DNA of 64,000 nucleotides from NCBI RefSeq assembly GCF_057098645.1, contig NZ_CM169472.1; one strand, 5' to 3'. Shown piece by piece: positions 60,957 to 64,000 of this stretch (position 1 is its first letter; each line of letters starts with the position of its first letter). The notes under the pieces were generated by a model. It saw only the letters and a program-made list of their open reading frames with translations, ran no database searches and was not told where the DNA came from. The position numbers and the translations under genes were made by a program.

Positions 60957-62291
60957 TCATTCCTTGAAATCGTTTGCATCCAGCTCGTGTCGGGAAAGCA
61001 GTTTATAAAATTCTGTCCGGTTGCGCCCCGCCATTCTCGCCGCGTGGGTGACGTTGCCTTTGGTAATTTGCAGCAGCTTACGCAAATAGTTGAGTTCAAA
61101 CTGATTACGTGCCTCAACAAAGGTTGGCAGCGCCGTATTTTCGCCCTCCAGCGCCTGCTCTACTAATGCATCACTAATCACCGGAGATGAGGTCAGCGCC
61201 ACGCACTGTTCAATCACGTTGACCAACTGGCGCACATTACCCGGCCAGCTCGCGGTCATCAGGCGTTTCATCGCATCGGTAGAGAACGCGCGGACAAACG
61301 GTTTATGTCGCTCTGCCGCCTGGCGCAACAGGTGATTTGCCAGTAGCGGAATGTCTTCTGTGCGTTCCGCCAGTGCCGGAATTTTCAGGCTGACAACGTT
61401 GAGGCGGTAATAGAGATCTTCACGGAATTCCCCGCGCGCCATCGCTTTTGGCAGGTCGCGGTGAGTGGCAGAAATAATCCGCACGTCGATATCAATATCG
61501 CGGTTACTGCCCAGCGGGCGCACTTTACGCTCCTGCAACACGCGCAGCAGTTTGACCTGCAACGGTGCGGGCATATCTCCAATCTCATCGAGAAATAGCG
61601 TACCGCCTTCCGCCGCCTGGAATAAACCTTCGCGATTGCTGACAGCACCAGTAAACGCGCCACGCGCATGACCAAACAGCTCCGACTCCAGCAATTGCTC
61701 AGGCAATGCACCACAGTTAATAGCAATAAATGGTTTGCTATTGCGCGGGCTGGCGTTGTGGATAGCCTGGGCGAAAATCTCTTTCCCGGTGCCGCTCTGA
61801 CCGTTAATCAAAACGCTAACGTCTGATTGCGCCACCAGCCGCGCCTGTTCCAGCAAACGCAGCATCAGCGGGCTGCGGGTGACAATCGCCTCGCGCCAGC
61901 GTTCGTCGGTGGCTGGCGCGGATTGTTCCAGCGCATCATCAATTGCCTGATATAGCGCGTCTTTATCGACAGGCTTGGTGAGGAAACTAAAAACGCCCTG
62001 CTGTGTTGCAGCAACGGCATCAGGAATAGAACCATGCGCGGTAAGAATAATTACCGGCATTCCCGGCTGCACTTTCTGGATTTCAGCAAACAGCTGCATA
62101 CCGTCCATTTCATCCATCCGCAGGTCGCTGATAACTAAATCTACTTTTTCGCGATTCAGTACCCGTAATCCTTCAGCGCCACTTTCCGCCGTGACCACAC
62201 TGTAGCCTTCGCTGGTCAGGCGCAGGCCAAGCAGTTTCAGCAATCCCGGATCGTCATCGACCAATAATAAATGCGCAGGTTTATGGCTCAT
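60957..62291 (-). CDS. glrR: Sigma54-dependent response regulator GlrR (QseF/YfhA)
   Basis: Trimmed to [14 protein letters not shown]; 444 aa; AAA+ motif GESGTGKE-like (GQSGTGKE). Confidence 0.93.
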   Translation of the reverse strand: MSHKPAHLLLVDDDPGLLKLLGLRLTSEGYSVVTAESGAEGLRVLNREKVDLVISDLRMDEMDGMQLFAEIQKVQPGMPVIILTAHGSIPDAVAATQQGVFSFLTKPVDKDALYQAIDDALEQSAPATDERWREAIVTRSPLMLRLLEQARLVAQSDVSVLINGQSGTGKEIFAQAIHNASPRNSKPFIAINCGALPEQLLESELFGHARGAFTGAVSNREGLFQAAEGGTLFLDEIGDMPAPLQVKLLRVLQERKVRPLGSNRDIDIDVRIISATHRDLPKAMARGEFREDLYYRLNVVSLKIPALAERTEDIPLLANHLLRQAAERHKPFVRAFSTDAMKRLMTASWPGNVRQLVNVIEQCVALTSSPVISDALVEQALEGENTALPTFVEARNQFELNYLRKLLQITKGNVTHAARMAGRNRTEFYKLLSRHELDANDFKE

Positions 62292-62994
62292 CAGGAGTGA
62301 CCTCATGGGTGGATGGCGCGGGCTTTTCACCCTCGTGCGGCGTATCCGGCGAGAAATTTCCAGCCGGTTTGCGGGTCGAGAGCTGGCGTTCAATATCAGT
62401 CAGGTTTTCCAGCTTGCGGGTGGTGAGTTCCAGTTGCTGCTGTAGAACGTGATGTTGCTGGCGCAGAGCGTCCAGCTCGCTGTCGCTAGACTGCTGGAGT
62501 TTACTGTAGCGTTGGCGCTCTTCCGCCAGTTGCAGTTGCAGCGCCTGACCGTCGCGCCAGAGTTGATACAGTGGGCGAACCTGTGCCGGGATCTCGGTAC
62601 TTAACGCTTCAATACGCGCGACCAGCTGGCGGCGCTCATACGGCGTAATTTTGGCGTCGGCGAGCAAAATCCCTTGTTTAAAGGTATTTTGCCAGCTGCC
62701 GTCGTCATATTGGCGGGCTTGCTGACGCGACTGTGCAGGCATTAAACGATCAGCACAATCCATCGCCCGCAGCCAGTAAAGCGGATTGGTTTCAGTTGAT
62801 TTACCTTGCAGCGCCCAGATGTCGCTACATTCAGTAGAAAGATAGTCAGCCAGTTGATAAACCGGAATTTTTTCTTCTGCTGGCGTATCAATGGCTGGCT
62901 TATTGTGACTCTGCACGCAACCCAGCAATGCCAGACATGGCAGCCCTGCCAGCCACAGCCGTCGGGGCAATAATCGTTGAAAAATGTGTCGCAT
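62281..62994 (-). CDS. qseG: Outer-membrane lipoprotein QseG (YfhG)
   Basis: Trimmed to MRHIFQRLLPRRLW; 237 aa; 3' end overlaps glrR start by 11 nt. Confidence 0.88.
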   Translation of the reverse strand: MRHIFQRLLPRRLWLAGLPCLALLGCVQSHNKPAIDTPAEEKIPVYQLADYLSTECSDIWALQGKSTETNPLYWLRAMDCADRLMPAQSRQQARQYDDGSWQNTFKQGILLADAKITPYERRQLVARIEALSTEIPAQVRPLYQLWRDGQALQLQLAEERQRYSKLQQSSDSELDALRQQHHVLQQQLELTTRKLENLTDIERQLSTRKPAGNFSPDTPHEGEKPAPSTHEVTPDEP

Positions 62995-63158
62995 ATTCAC
63001 CAGACTTAAAGCCTATCCCAGTGGGCGTAATTGTTGCAGACAGTCTGGACATGGACAGCGCGGAGAAACCGGAGCGTACATGTCGTACGTGAGGATTTCG
63101 AGCACTGCCCGGGGCCGAACTGACAAATAAAATAGCCTGATGGGATAGACTGTTAGCA

Positions 63159-64000
63159 TTATTTCGTGTTTTTCGACGACGGTAATTCAATGCGGAAACA
63201 AACGTCTTGCCCGCTCTCGTCGACCAGATACAGTTCCCCTTGCATACGGCGAATACAATCCCTGGCAATGCTTAATCCCAGACCGCTGCCCTTCACCGCC
63301 CCTTTTCGCTGGTGGCTTCCCTGAAAAAAGGGTTCGAAGATCATGGCGCGTTCCTCTTGCGGAATGGGCGTGCCTGTATTGATGACATCAATATAAACCC
63401 GCGCACCATGTAAACTGCTGCGAAGGCAAATGTTACCGGATTCAGCCCCGTAGTGCACCGCATTGGAGTAAAGATTATCCAGTACGCTCATCAGCAGCAT
63501 TGGCTCCGCCAGGCAAGCTGTTGCTTTGAGATCGACGTCGGTATGCATCATTTTAGCCCGTGCGGGCAGGCTATGAGCAGAAACCACTGTCTCCACCAGC
63601 GGTGCTAATTCAACATTCTCTAGTTCCACCGCACTGTCCGCCTGTTTACGGTTGTAATCAAGCAGTTGTTCGATCAGTTTTTGCAAATTGCGGCTGCTGC
63701 TATCAAGAATGCTCACCACCTCTTTTTGCTCTGGCGTAAGCGGCCCGACAACCTGATCAGCCAGTAATTCAGTGCCCTCGCGCATACTCGCCAGTGGCGT
63801 TTTTAATTCATGAGATAAATGTCTTAAAAATTGATGGCGTTGGGATTCCAGCCATGACAGGCGCTCACTTAACCAAAGAATACGTTGCCCAACCGAGCGT
63901 AACTCGCTCGGTCCACTGAACGAAACGCTATTGCCCAGAGAACGCCCTTCCCCCAACCGATTGATCATCCGTTCAATATTTTTCACCGGCCCGATAATCA
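63159..64000 (-). CDS. glrK: Sensor histidine kinase GlrK (QseE/YfhK), 3' portion (N-terminus beyond window end)
   Basis: HisKA/HATPase motifs (HELKTPL; GSGLGLSIARD); track ORF begins at an internal Met. Confidence 0.9.
   Translation of the reverse strand, partial: IIGPVKNIERMINRLGEGRSLGNSVSFSGPSELRSVGQRILWLSERLSWLESQRHQFLRHLSHELKTPLASMREGTELLADQVVGPLTPEQKEVVSILDSSSRNLQKLIEQLLDYNRKQADSAVELENVELAPLVETVVSAHSLPARAKMMHTDVDLKATACLAEPMLLMSVLDNLYSNAVHYGAESGNICLRSSLHGARVYIDVINTGTPIPQEERAMIFEPFFQGSHQRKGAVKGSGLGLSIARDCIRRMQGELYLVDESGQDVCFRIELPSSKNTK

Overview
This window reads as an Escherichia coli-type enterobacterial chromosome segment; all gene identifications are from recognising the translated ORFs and DNA motifs by eye, with no database search run. 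Positions ~9,400-64,000 are a colinear, largely well-characterised core block: yfgJ-der-bamB-yfgM-hisS-ispG-rodZ-rlmN-ndk-pbpC-yfhM (all minus strand), sseA / ryfA region / sseB-pepB, the isc operon (iscRSUA-hscBA-fdx-iscX), trmJ, suhB, yfhR, csiE, hcaT-hcaR-hcaEFCBD, the poorly characterised yphA-yphH cluster, glyA, hmp, glnB and glrR-qseG-glrK (glrK partial). Positions 1-9,230 are accessory and resemble the Salmonella CS54-type adhesin island: an apparently intact giant RatA/RatB-like repeat protein running off the window, a SivI-like secreted protein, and a SinH-like inverse autotransporter destroyed three times (IS5 with CTAA duplication, IS1 with 9-bp duplication, and an in-frame TGA). 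Other points worth a second look are a translationally coupled pair of small ORFs in the sseA-sseB (ryfA) intergenic region and the orphan yph sugar-utilisation locus with the 1,093-aa YphG. I found no rRNA, tRNA or CRISPR array and no convincing novel multi-gene system beyond these candidates. Many plus-strand track ORFs are antisense artefacts of minus-strand genes.
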